Shown: piece after piece, positions 1 through 10,102 of the stretch
Layout: the number at the start of each line of letters is the position of its first letter
Numbering within the stretch: the stretch's first letter is position 1
Source: Octopus sinensis
Taxonomy: Eukaryota
Assembly (NCBI RefSeq): GCF_006345805.1
Contig: NW_021824370.1
Span: 1-19,056, forward strand
Reading direction: 5' to 3'
DNA length: 19,056 nucleotides
Notes under the pieces: generated by a model
What the model was told of the DNA's origin: nothing
Seen by the model: only the letters and a program-made list of their open reading frames with translations
The model's database searches: none
Made by a program: the position numbers and the translations under genes

Positions 1-1132
1 TTTGTGACAGGGTTGGATCATTAAATTAACAGTACAATCCTTATTATGGGCTTCCGCACAGTTGCCAATTTCCCTTACTTTAAGTTCTACCCGAGGCTAA
101 CGTAAAAGACCCTACACGGCGTCATCGAACCCTAGACGTCCGTACAACGCACTCAATACATATGCGAGTGTATGTGTGCGCGTGTGTCTATAGCCTTAAT
201 ATGGAATTCAATGTTATCAAAAATGACTTTCCGATACTAGAAACATTTCTCTACAAGATACAAATATTTAAAACTATATTCAGTTAAAACTTGAACGTTA
301 GTCACAGTTTCGTAGATAATACGGTGGAAGGGGTCTTCCCCGCAGATAATAAGGGCTACTCCCTATCCCAGTTGACGTTCCATGTAACTTGGTCAACGTA
401 AGAACCCGGAAACTAATTCTGTGGATTGTTATAGAAATAATCTTGTCGTCATGGATAGTAGGGGAGATAACTTTAACAATTAAATTATAGAGTTTTGCCA
501 ATGAGCAATCTATTCAAATTTTAATTACTGATCCACCGAGCTACATTCTCAGTCAAAGGTGACACGAGTTCGTATATTATTCATCGAAATATATGCTCTG
601 AGTTCCGGTACTTGGACTATAAGTCCATTTATAGACATACAGTCAAAAATAATAGCTGCACAGCGTTGTCAAGCCTCAAATGGAATTTGAAAGATGGCAG
701 CAAATATAATTTTCATATCATTTTGTCGATACTGCGGCAACAAGCGCATAATCCGTTTATATTCTTTTGTTCGTTGTCATTATTAAAAACAAAATACTTA
801 TTCTGCACCAAAGCTGCGTTCATTTAAACACAAGATCAGAGTCAATCCTTAAGTGTCATTACGAAACCAAATTCATTCAAGCTTCAAACAAATCTATCGA
901 GCTTGAATAAACAAACGTAAACACCCCAAAAAGGGTGGATGTTCGTAAACCATTACTGCTTGCGCAAAACAAACCGAAAGGTAGCAATACGTCAAAATTC
1001 TTTCATAAACTCCGCTCGAAAGTGGTACGCGTTCCACAACCCAGCGCCACCTGCGAAGAATTTAGAATCAGAGGTATGAAACTTCGTGTCAGCTGAAACT
1101 ATGACATTATATATATGTGTCCGTGTATGTTT

Positions 1133-1137
1133 ACACA

Positions 1138-1219
<82 letters not shown>

Positions 1220-1240
1220 ACACACACACACACACACACC
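1133..1240. repeat. (CA)n microsatellite
   Basis: Nearly perfect CA dinucleotide run. Confidence 0.98.
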
Positions 1241-1497
1241 ATATGTAGTTACTCTTTTCAACGTATAAAACCCTCAAACTTATAAAACCCACCCAACACG
1301 AAGAAACATCTGAAAACTTTAGAAATGCATTACAATTTTGGTGTATTGCAAAAATCGGCCTCGTTTGGAACCGCACGCACATGGCGTAGAGCACTGTTTG
1401 TCTGAGGCCCTTGTTGTGAGTTGGCAGGTAATGCAAACACCCAGGAAATACAATATCTACTATTTACATCGCAACAATGGGTACCGTGCGACGTTCC

Positions 1498-1498
1498 C

Positions 1499-1532
<34 letters not shown>

Positions 1533-1554
1533 TAATAATAATAATAATAATAAT
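1498..1554. repeat. (AAT)n microsatellite, probably the 3' tail of the adjacent minus-strand SINE
   Basis: AAT run directly abutting the SINE tail at 1555. Confidence 0.95.
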
Positions 1555-1953
1555 CTTTTCTACTCTAGGCACAAGGGCCGAAATTTTGGGGGAGGGACGC
1601 CAATCGATTTGATCGACATCAGTACGCAACTGGTACTTAATTTACCGACCCCGAAAGGATGAAAGGCAAAGTCGACCTCGGCGGAATTTGAACTCAGAGC
1701 GTAGCAGCAGACGAAATACCTATTTCTTTATTACCCACAAGGGGCTAAACACAGAGGGGACAAACAAGGACAGACATAGGTATTAAGTCGATTACATCGA
1801 CCCCAGTGCGTAACTGGTACTTAATTCATCGACCCCGAAAGGATGAAAGGCAAAGTCGACCTCGGCGGAATTTGAACTCAGAAAGGTAACGACAGACAAA
1901 ATACCGCTAGGCATTTCGTCCGGCGTGCTAACGTTTCTGCCAGCTCGCCGCCT
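1555..1953 (-). mobile_element. tRNA-derived SINE, head-to-tail dimer (full unit 1717-1953 plus 5'-truncated unit 1555-1721)
   Basis: Minus strand begins AGGCGGCGAGCTGGCAGAAACGTTAGC and has B-box-like GAGTTCAAATTCC. The central block GTCGACTTTGCCTTTCATCCTTTCGGGGTCG..AATTAAGTACCAG occurs twice (about 1632-1720 and 1812-1905). The first unit is near-identical to 13416-13651. Confidence 0.9.
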
Positions 1954-1955
1954 TC

Positions 1956-1987
1956 ATAATAACAATAACAACAACAACAACAACAGC

Positions 1988-2032
<45 letters not shown>

Positions 2033-2057
2033 CATAGTAATAATAATAGTGATAATG
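1956..2057. repeat. (AAC)/(AAT)n microsatellite
   Basis: Compound trinucleotide run. Confidence 0.95.
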
Positions 2058-2583
2058 ATAAAAGGCACGTTTTAATATTTTTCCTTTTTAACGACGAACC
2101 TCAATGCTATAAATATGTCGCCATAACTTCTATTCCGATATGTACGTTGGACAGAAACCCTGTGTGTGAGCGAGTGCTGTAGTTTTATATATATTCATCA
2201 CTTGTTGGTGTTGGTACTTTTGGTATTATTGAAAAAACGTTCTACATCCGATATTGCTCACCAACTTTTCCATGGAAACGTTAATATTCCAAATAAAAGT
2301 TCATTGGTTCTTTAGATTATAACATTTTTAGATTGGTCTGGAAAAGACAAATAAATAGATAAACAAAACAAAATAAAGAAAGAAAGAAAAGAAAAGAAAA
2401 GAAAAAAAAACAGAATTTCCTTTTGGATATCAGCATCAATCGATCAAGTCTAATAATATTGAACTTCATTCGATATTCACCTCATGTTATTACGATTAGT
2501 CACAGCTAACAGAGTTGGCTTGAAATCAACAAAATAGATCGGCTGCGCAGAGATTAGTAACTTGGCGAAGCATCACTCTAAAC

Positions 2584-2829
2584 ATATAATATATATATAT
2601 AATATATATATATATAATATGTATATATATATATGTATATATATGTAATATATATATATGTGTAATATATATATTATATATATATATCTATATATATATA
2701 TATTATATATATATATATTATATATATATATTGATATATATATATATGTATATATATATATTATATATATATATATATGTGTGTATATATATTATATATA
2801 TATATTATATATATATATATATATGTATC

Positions 2830-2860
<31 letters not shown>

Positions 2861-2907
2861 GTGTATATATATAATATATATATATATATTATAATATATG
2901 TACATAT
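2584..2907. repeat. Degenerate (TA)n low-complexity tract
   Basis: About 320 bp almost entirely of TA dinucleotides. Confidence 0.97.
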
Positions 2908-3348
2908 TGTTGTTGTCGTCTTCGTACTTGTTTTTGTTATGGTTGTCCAAATGGCCGTTTTATAATATAAGGCTATCTCAAATTCAATAACAGCTAAGAT
3001 CAGTGTGCAATATTAATTTTCATTATAAACACAAGAATAATAATTTAAGCTGGGCGAGTCTATTCTTTGTTTACTAATGGTTTACTCCACCCTGTACCAA
3101 AGCAATCAGGCCGGGATTCCGGTGAGACAGTAGCTTTGTCCTTTTCTCGCATGTTTGTCAAGACTAGGATATGGGACTGAGAAATCTTTAATCTCCCTCT
3201 GGTCATCATATTCTCCTTGTTCTCTGTTTTCATTTTAACCACCATCATCACCGTCGAAGTCACTGTCAATACTATTCTAGTTAAAGGAATACACATACAC
3301 ACACACATATATATATCTCGGTGTGCATTCAAAGCAATGAATGGTTGT

Positions 3349-3393
3349 ATTCAAAGCAATGATTAGTAACTTATGAAACCGGTATGCTTGAAT
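3349..3393 (+). ncRNA. Minimal type-I hammerhead ribozyme motif, A3:U8 core variant
   Basis: Stem I ATTCAAAGCA/TGCTTGAAT (9 bp, 1 bulge); core ATGATTA (3359-3365); short stem II GTA-act-TAT; GAAA (3375-3378); palindromic stem III ACCGGT; cleavage triplet GUA (3382-3384). Confidence 0.65.
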
Positions 3394-4128
3394 CTCTTTA
3401 ACAATTCACAATAATGACTTTTATTACTTTTATTCCTACCTCAGTTCATCTAATTGTATATATCTTTCGTTACTTTTCATAAAAAAGCCTTTACTTTTCT
3501 TGATTTCCAATGTGCATTTTCGTTTATTTTTCTCACTTTCCCCTTACATTACCACGTGTAGTTTCTATTTTCTTTTTGTAACGTATTCCTATTATATATA
3601 TATATATATATCAGAGTAAAACCGGACGGTAGGCAAACACAGAATGTTCCTAGTTCTTCATCAGTTGCCAACCAATTGCTAATACTCTGTCTCGCACATT
3701 TAATGGTAAAACCCAGAGCTTCGCAATTGGCGGCGCCAGCAAAAAAAGGAAAGATTCTTTTTGCGGAGAATTCAGGGCCAAAGCAAACAAAACAAAACGA
3801 AACAAAATGACACAGAGTGTGATTTAGGACGGTGGACAAGGACGAACAGTCGAGCAAAATACGGCCTGAGGGCCAAGAAGACGAGAAAAGTGGGTAACGC
3901 TTAGAAAATGTCCAGATGGACATTTTCTGATGAAGATTTAGGGATCTTCTGCGTTTGACTCCCGCCCCGTTCTACACTCACTACACGTTATGTTGTATGC
4001 TTATTTACCATACAATTTTCCATTTATTAAGTAATGGGACGCAACACACACCGAATTCATACTCACACTCATTGCGCGCACGCGCGTGCACATACACGCA
4101 CGTGCACACACACACACACATACACAGT

Positions 4129-4218
4129 GAAGGTGCATGGCTCAGTGGTTAGTGCGTCGGGCTCACAATCATGAAGGAGCGAGTTCGAACTGGGCCGCGC
4201 ATTGTGTTCTTGAACAAC
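4129..4218 (+). mobile_element. Truncated tRNA-derived SINE head
   Basis: A-box TGGCTCAGTGG (4138-4148) and B-box GAGTTCGAAC (4181-4190), then TTGTGTTCTTGAACAA before running into (CA)n. No tRNA acceptor stem. Confidence 0.75.
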
Positions 4219-4241
4219 ACACACACACACACACACACACA

Positions 4242-5129
4242 CGAGGTCTGATCAATAAGTATTCGGACTGTTGCCATTGTAACGAAGCTAGAGCATGCAG
4301 AGTGAGGCCGTTTGGCACAAATTGACCTTGAACGCTGCTGTGCATGCGCACTAAGTTTTAACGTTGTAGCTAACTTCCACTGTTTACAGCAGTGCTCGGA
4401 AGGAACGTGTGTAGCGTGTGATCGTCACATTGACCATCAAAGAGAAAGTTGTCATGGTGATACCTGCTCAGAGGCCTGCGCACAGTTGCAGAAAGTGTAT
4501 GGAGAGGAGTTTATGAGCCGCACCCAAGTGTATGAGTGATTCAGACGTTTCCAAGATGGCTGAAAAATGTCGATATTGACAAAGGTTCTGGAAGACCGGT
4601 AACCAGCAGAACTGAGAAAAACATCGCAGATGTGCGTGCATCTGTGAGGGGAATCTTTGAATCACCATCTGTGAGTTATCAGAGGATGTGGAGATTAGTT
4701 ACGGTTCAGTTCAGTCCATAACCACTGAAGATTTGGGTATGAGACGCGTGTGTGCCAAGTTTGTGCCAAACTGTTTTCAGTTGACCAAAAAGACACTCGA
4801 GTTTCAGTTGCACAAGATCTCCTTGATTGTGTCGAGAACGATGAAAACTTTTCGAAAACTTTGCGTAGGCCTCTGAGCAGATATCGCCAAGCTTTTGGCA
4901 AAATTTGATGCAGATTCTCTGCTCAAGTTCCTCTGTCATGGTCAATACGACGATCACACGCTACACACGTTCCTTCCAAGCACTGCTGTAAATAACGGAA
5001 GTGAGCTAGAACGTTGAAAGTTAGTGCGCATGCACAGAAGAGTTCGAGGTCATTACAAAGCGGCTTCACGCTGCGTGCTCAAGCTTCGTTACTATGTCAA
5101 CAGTCCGGATACTTATTGATCAGACCACA
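4242..5129. mobile_element. Non-autonomous mariner derivative with long inverted arms (two 5' ends)
   Basis: Left end CGAGGTCTGATCAATAAGTATTCGGAC is the reverse complement of right end GTCCGGATACTTATTGATCAGACC, with TA at 5130-5131. Inverted homology extends about 245-275 bp (4242-4488 vs 4856-5129), roughly 85% identical by eye. Confidence 0.92.
4455..4858 (+). pseudogene. Mariner transposase N-terminal (HTH) fragment with stops and frameshifts
   Basis: Stitched translation GDTCSEACAQLQKVYGEEFMSRTQVYE*FRRFQDG*KNVDIDKGSGRPVTSRTEKNIADV...EISYGSVQSITTEDLGMRRVCAKFVP fits the mariner (W)FRRF..GRP and RVCAKFVP motifs. The minus arm encodes the start MTEELEQRICIKFCQKLGDICSEAYAK. Confidence 0.88.
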
Positions 5130-5212
5130 TACATACATGTATGCATGCATGCATGTATACATACATACATACATACATACATACATACATACATACTATG
5201 CGTATGTATGTA
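5128..5212. repeat. (ATAC)n microsatellite
   Basis: Tetranucleotide run at the right end of the mariner element. Confidence 0.9.
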
Positions 5213-5659
5213 AGCTTTATCCATAACTGTGAGTCCGACAAAATGTATATTCTATTTCGTCCAGAGTCGCTTAGGGGGTCTATTTCGCTGATGAGGACTA
5301 GTAACACCAAAATATGATCGGAGTTGTCCCCCACCCTTTACAACCAAACACCAAGCAAACACTCCATTACACTCTATTTCTAGTTTATTTTAATTAATCT
5401 TAATTCCAGACGATGTAATTAAGATAAAGATTTTTCTCTCTCCTGGCTACAGACCTAATTTTCTTTAATTAAAATTTGTATGCAGATTATTTTAAGTTAA
5501 TTAACATCTATTTTACTTAATGTCAACAAAGTTTTTAGACCATGGGTCGGCAAAGCTGTCTATATTGACGTCCGGGGTGTGTGAGTCTATCGAAGAGATC
5601 AATAAATGTCTGAAACGATTTTAAGCGTTAACGGTTCTGATTTATTATAATTATAAATA

Positions 5660-6058
5660 CGCAGGAGTGGCTGTGTAGTAAGTAGCTTGATTACCAACCA
5701 CATGGTTCCGGGTTCAGTCCTACTGCGTGGCACCTTGGCCGACCAAAGCCTTGTGAGTGGATTTGGTCGATGGAAACTGAAAGAAGCCCGTCGTATATAT
5801 GTGTATATATATATATGTATATGTATGTGTATATGTTTGTGTGTCTGTGTTAGTCCCTCCCCCCAACATCGCTTGACAACCGATGCTGGTATGTTTACGT
5901 CCCCGTAACTTAGCGGTTCGGCAAAAGATACCGATAAAATAAGTACTAGGCTTACAAAGAATAAGTCCTGGGGGTCGATTTGATTCGAGTAAAGGCGATG
6001 CTCCAGCATGGCCGCAGTCAAGTGACTGAAACAAGTAAAAGACTGAAAGAATAAAAGA
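5660..6058 (+). mobile_element. tRNA-derived SINE with internal microsatellite (same family as 18282-18683), about 30-bp internal deletion
   Basis: GCAGGAGTGGCTGTGTAGTAAG...GGGTTCAGTCC head; body and tail GCTCCAGCATGGCCGCAGTCAAGTGACTGAAACAAGTAAAAGA match the 18.3-kb copy. Confidence 0.92.
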
Positions 6059-6127
6059 AAATATCAGTGGATTTTCATTGTTCTTTTTAAATTTCGTTTA
6101 TTATTTTTTATTAAATTTCTCTAAATA

Positions 6128-6300
6128 GGCCCTGGCGTAGCTGTGTGGTAAGAGGCTTGATTCACGGCCATATGGTTCCGGGTTCAATCTCACTGCGTTT
6201 CAAAAAATATTAAGTACTGGGGTCGATTCGTCCGACTAAAAGAAACTCTCCAAGTTGGTGCTACTGCAAGGCCGCAGTCTAATGACTGAAACAAGCAAAA
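6128..6300 (+). mobile_element. Decayed, internally deleted copy of the same SINE family (head fused to tail)
   Basis: Head GCTGTGTGGTAAGAGGCTTG...GGTTCCGGGTTCAATCTCACTGCG joined to tail AAGTACTGGGGTCGATT...GCCGCAGTCTAATGACTGAAACAAG. Confidence 0.8.
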
Positions 6301-7077
6301 CATAACTATTTATGAAATAATGGTAATGCTGCTAAAGAATGAAGGAATTGTCTTTGAAATCAAGAATTTTTTTTTCTATTAATTACGCTTTTCTTAATTT
6401 CGTTTTAGAAATTTCCATGATGGGGATCGATAAGTTATCGATGCTTCGATGAAAGGTTTCAATGATATAAGAAGTTTGTTGACCCTTGGTTTAGACTGAC
6501 CTTTGTCACAATCAGATATGTTACTTCACCTCGGGGACCTCCAGTAATCGTAGTTATGGCAAATGAGAAGGGGTCAATAGACCGATTAACCCTTAGAAGT
6601 ATTTATATTGCGAGGACAAAGAGGAAATAAAAACTCGCTGCAAACTAAAAGAAAAAAAAAATTAAAATGGAAACGAATGAGATTACAAACTGAATATTAG
6701 CGAAAACTGTAATGTCGATATGATCGATAAAATCAATCATTGTATTGGGTTTTTAGTTATGTTTTAAAATGTCGATACTTCGATAATTAACCAGAAATAT
6801 CTCGGTTGCTGTTATTGTTCCAATCGTAAAGATCAAAGTAGCTGATCCCTTGTCTTTTAAAAGATCTTACAAACTGTTCCTTTTATTAATGTTATTTTCT
6901 GTTTCTTTTCTTCTTTTTTTTTTATATTCTACAAATAATGGATTATAATTGCAAATATTTGGTTCCTTTAAGAATTTGTTTGCGTTTTTCAAAGGAAGCA
7001 ACTTTGGCATGGAGGAGATCCGCAATAGGGGAAAGCCTGGTGAAGGCTCCCGTCTCTCTTTGCTTCTGCATGCCTTA

Positions 7078-7102
7078 CTGTCTGTCTGTCTGTCTGTCAG
7101 AT

Positions 7103-7144
<42 letters not shown>

Positions 7145-7172
7145 TGTCTATCTTACACACACACACACGCAC
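7078..7172. repeat. Compound (TCTG)/(TC)/(CA) microsatellite
   Basis: Direct reading. Confidence 0.9.
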
Positions 7173-7403
7173 ATACAGGGAAACTACATAAGTGACTTAA
7201 GGACGTAGAGTTTCGTGCAAAAGCAATTATCAAATTCGTTTTGCATCAATTTTTTGGCCCACGCGCACAGACACACACACACACACACAGACATTTCAAA
7301 CATACACTCACACATACACTCACACATGAACACAATACTCTGCTTACTTATTAAATTCCATTCTTGTTTGTACCACATGACGTGTAGATATGTGTGTGTG
7401 TGT

Positions 7404-7439
<36 letters not shown>

Positions 7440-7609
7440 GGGGTGTATAGGTGGTAGCAGAAATATATAATGTTACGCAATGTGTTACGTAATGTACTTC
7501 GTATTGGTAATAGACCACAATACTGAAACACGTGTGGTGATGTTTTGAGCTCTCCATTCGTATATCAATTTTAATTTCCAATATCCTGTTGATGCCCTCT
7601 GCATTGCTA

Positions 7610-7666
7610 AATGCATGCATGTATGTATGTATGTATGCATATGCATACATACATAAAATAAACAAC

Positions 7667-7703
<37 letters not shown>

Positions 7704-7876
7704 ATGTATGTTTGTGTGTATACATGCGTGTATAGTATTTGTGTACGCATATTGTATGTATATGTGTGCATATGTGTGAACGTATGTATGTATGTATGCA
7801 TGTATGGTATAGTATGTATTATGTACGTATGTATGTGTATGCATGCGTGTATAGTGTATAAATGTGTACACATGTA

Positions 7877-7911
<35 letters not shown>

Positions 7912-7972
7912 GTGTGTTTATGTATGTATGTATGTATGTATGTTTGTATGTATGTGTGTGTGCATGTGTGTA
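7610..7972. repeat. Compound (TATG)/(CA)/(TG) low-complexity tract
   Basis: Direct reading; source of the long spurious ORFs here. Confidence 0.93.
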
Positions 7973-8060
7973 TTCTTGTTCTTTGACTATCTACAACAAT
8001 ATTACATTTTATAATATTTTACGGCATTCTAAAATTGCCGTGTATTATTTTATAATACAT

Positions 8061-8135
8061 GGGCATATGGCGTGGTGGTTAAGAGCGCGGGCTACTAACC
8101 CCAATATTCCGAGTTCGATTCCAGGCAGTGATCTG

Positions 8136-8137
<2 letters not shown>
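8061..8137 (+). mobile_element. tRNA-derived (Ser-like) Pol III head of a SINE
   Basis: A-box TGGCGTGGTGG (8068-8078), GGTTAAG D-loop, anticodon-like arm CGGG-CTACTAA-CCC and B-box GAGTTCGATTCC (8111-8122). No proper acceptor stem; followed by (AAT)n. Confidence 0.8.
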
Positions 8138-8183
<46 letters not shown>

Positions 8184-8393
8184 TTAATCTCAAGTTTTAA
8201 AACAAACATAATTTTCTTATGGTTTCTTAAACATTCTCTAGAACAACATTATGTACAAAACCAAATATATGGCACCCTAGGCATAAAACCAACATGAACT
8301 TCCAACTTGTTGTCTCTTGAGGTCTCTGGGTGAGACTTGGAGCCAACTTGTACAATCGTAAAGCAAAAGTCAAACATAGAATAATAATAATAA
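8184..8393 (+). mobile_element. Probable 5'-truncated 3' end of a non-LTR retrotransposon inserted in an (AAT)n tract
   Basis: Unique 200-bp block bounded on both sides by (AAT)n and ending CAAAAGTCAAACATAG-(AAT)n. The family assignment is from recollection only. Confidence 0.45.
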
Positions 8394-8554
8394 CATCGAA
8401 AAATACCTTAGGAATGAAAACCCAGGTTTGAAATTTCCTCAAGACACCTGATGAAGGCTGGAGGGTATATCAGCTGAAACGTTGTGTTAACAACAAGCAA
8501 GATGAGGACAAATATCCGTCGAATGTAAATAATGTAAAGAATGTAAATAATGTA
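8394..8554 (+). mobile_element. Hammerhead-bearing repeat body ending in (AATGTAAAT)-type tandem tail
   Basis: Contains the hammerhead at 8444-8487 and ends in three imperfect AATGTAAAT units (about 8522-8554). Confidence 0.65.
8444..8487 (+). ncRNA. Minimal type-I hammerhead ribozyme motif (canonical core)
   Basis: Stem I ACAC/GTGT; CTGATGA (8448-8454) plus extra A; stem II GGCTG/CAGCT; GAAA (8476-8479); palindromic ACGT stem III; cleavage triplet GUU (8481-8483). Confidence 0.85.
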
Positions 8555-8853
8555 TCACATTTTATGTTTCTAAGTGTTTCTGCAAGTCTATACAAGTACG
8601 CACGATTGCGCATTGTGCCACCATGTGCCCCGGTAGGCACGTTTGTCTAAGCGACATTACAATATGCATTCGTATATATATATATATAATATATATATAT
8701 AAGAGAGAGAGAGAGAGAGAGAGAGATCAGCAACAATTTAGATTCATATGAATATGGTACTTAATTTAGATGCAGCAGAATTTTGTTTGGTGTTACCCAT
8801 AAAAATTTGTGGGGTGATTATTATCAAAAATAAGCAACAAGAATGAATCCGGT

Positions 8854-8943
8854 AATTTAGTACAATTGTTTCATACTACAACATTTATTAAAGGGTTAAA
8901 TATTACAGGCAGATTTAAGATGCTGAGTAATCTTCAGTTAATT
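8854..8943 (-). ncRNA. Possible decayed hammerhead with long stem II loop
   Basis: Minus strand: CTGAAGA, TACT-CAGCAT ... ATGTTG-T-AGTA, GAAA, palindromic ACAATTGT, GUA. Stem I pairing is poor. Confidence 0.35.
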
Positions 8944-8953
8944 TATATAGTTT

Positions 8954-8956
<3 letters not shown>

Positions 8957-9009
<53 letters not shown>

Positions 9010-9128
9010 CGTATGTATGCACGTAAATATGCGTATATACATACGTGTGCGTACATCTCTGTCTGTCTGTGTCACCCTGTCTCCCCGTCTCTCTCCCCCT
9101 CTCCATCTCTCTTTTTCTTTCTCTCTAT

Positions 9129-9204
<76 letters not shown>

Positions 9205-9217
9205 TGTGTGTGTGTAT
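8957..9217. repeat. (TA)n and compound (TC)(TA)(TG) microsatellites
   Basis: Direct reading. Confidence 0.92.
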
Positions 9218-9679
9218 GTGTTTGTACATATATAAACTCTTTGTATGTGCATGCCTATTTGTAAAGCGAGAGAGATGTTCTGAGCCGATTATATTTAAGG
9301 CACGACGGTGGTGTTGGGGAAGGGTGGGGCGATTGATGTAGGAGTAAATGAAAATAAGTGAGGGGATAAGGAGGAGTTGTGAAGTGAATCGAAGGAGGAG
9401 ATGGGGGGGGGGACAAGGAGAAGTTGTGGAATGAACCGAAGGAGAGGTGAAGAAGAGAAACCTGGAGTCTAATGATTTTAGTTTTTAAATATAGACATCG
9501 GTTGTAAGTTTGTTTTCGGAAGAAATAGGGGGTAGGGGGTTATAACGGGGGGGGATCGGTGGTTGTATGGGGGGTGGCGGAGCGGGGCAACATGTGGAGG
9601 TGGCTGACTGGGGTCGGGCGGGTTGTTGACGGTGGGGGTAAAGTACTCAGTTATAGATTTAAGCAACGCTTAGCTTCGG

Positions 9680-9920
9680 TGATGGTGTTGGTGGTGAAGG
9701 TGGGGAGCGGTGCTGGTGACGATGTTGGCGACGTGGTGGTGGCGGCGGCGGCGCGGGGATGGTGGTATGTGGTGGTGGTGGTATGTGATGGTGATGGAGG
9801 TATATGGTGGTGGCGGTGGTGACGGTATTCTTGTTGTTGTTGGTGGTGGCAGTGGTGGTGGTGGTGGTGGTGACACTATTATTGGTGGTGCTAATTGCAT
9901 GGTGGTGGTATTATTGTTGC

Positions 9921-9951
<31 letters not shown>

Positions 9952-10071
9952 GTCGGTGCTGGTGCTATCACTTCAATAATGACAGAATATGGGTGAGTAG
10001 TAAGAAAAGGGGCCGCATGGATGGTAGTGAAAATGTGGGTGGATCAGTGGTAGTGGTGGTAGTGGTGGTGG

Positions 10072-10102
<31 letters not shown>

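Noticed and set aside
298-501. 67-aa minus-strand ORF with YYLRG..PPYYLR
   Set aside because: No recognisable domain, non-ATG start, no supported splice structure.
3060-3332. 90-aa minus ORF and a protein-like alternative frame (ENREQGEYDDQREIKDFSVPYPSLDK)
   Set aside because: The alternative frame is interrupted by a stop and neither matches a family I recognise. An exon cannot be excluded without RNA-seq.
3549-3923. 124-aa minus ORF
   Set aside because: No domain similarity; runs into (TA)n.
3927-3955. CTGATGA plus hairpin (also at 3657-3664 on the minus strand)
   Set aside because: No GAAA or stem III/GUH after the hairpin, so not a hammerhead.
5284-5323. CTGATGAGGAC...CCAAAATATGATC hammerhead-like string
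   Set aside because: G12 missing, stem II broken and stem I does not pair. At best a heavily decayed relic.
6867-7195. Overlapping short ORFs on both strands
   Set aside because: Partly microsatellite-derived; no recognisable product.
7500-7535. Hairpin followed by GAAACACGTGT palindrome
   Set aside because: No upstream core and the cleavage position would be G.
8061-8137. Functional tRNA gene
   Set aside because: No acceptor stem or Ser variable arm, and followed by a simple repeat; better explained as a SINE head.
9296-9310. TAAGGCACGACGGTG, similar to mature miR-124
   Set aside because: It has an insertion, diverges after position 15 and has no precursor hairpin.
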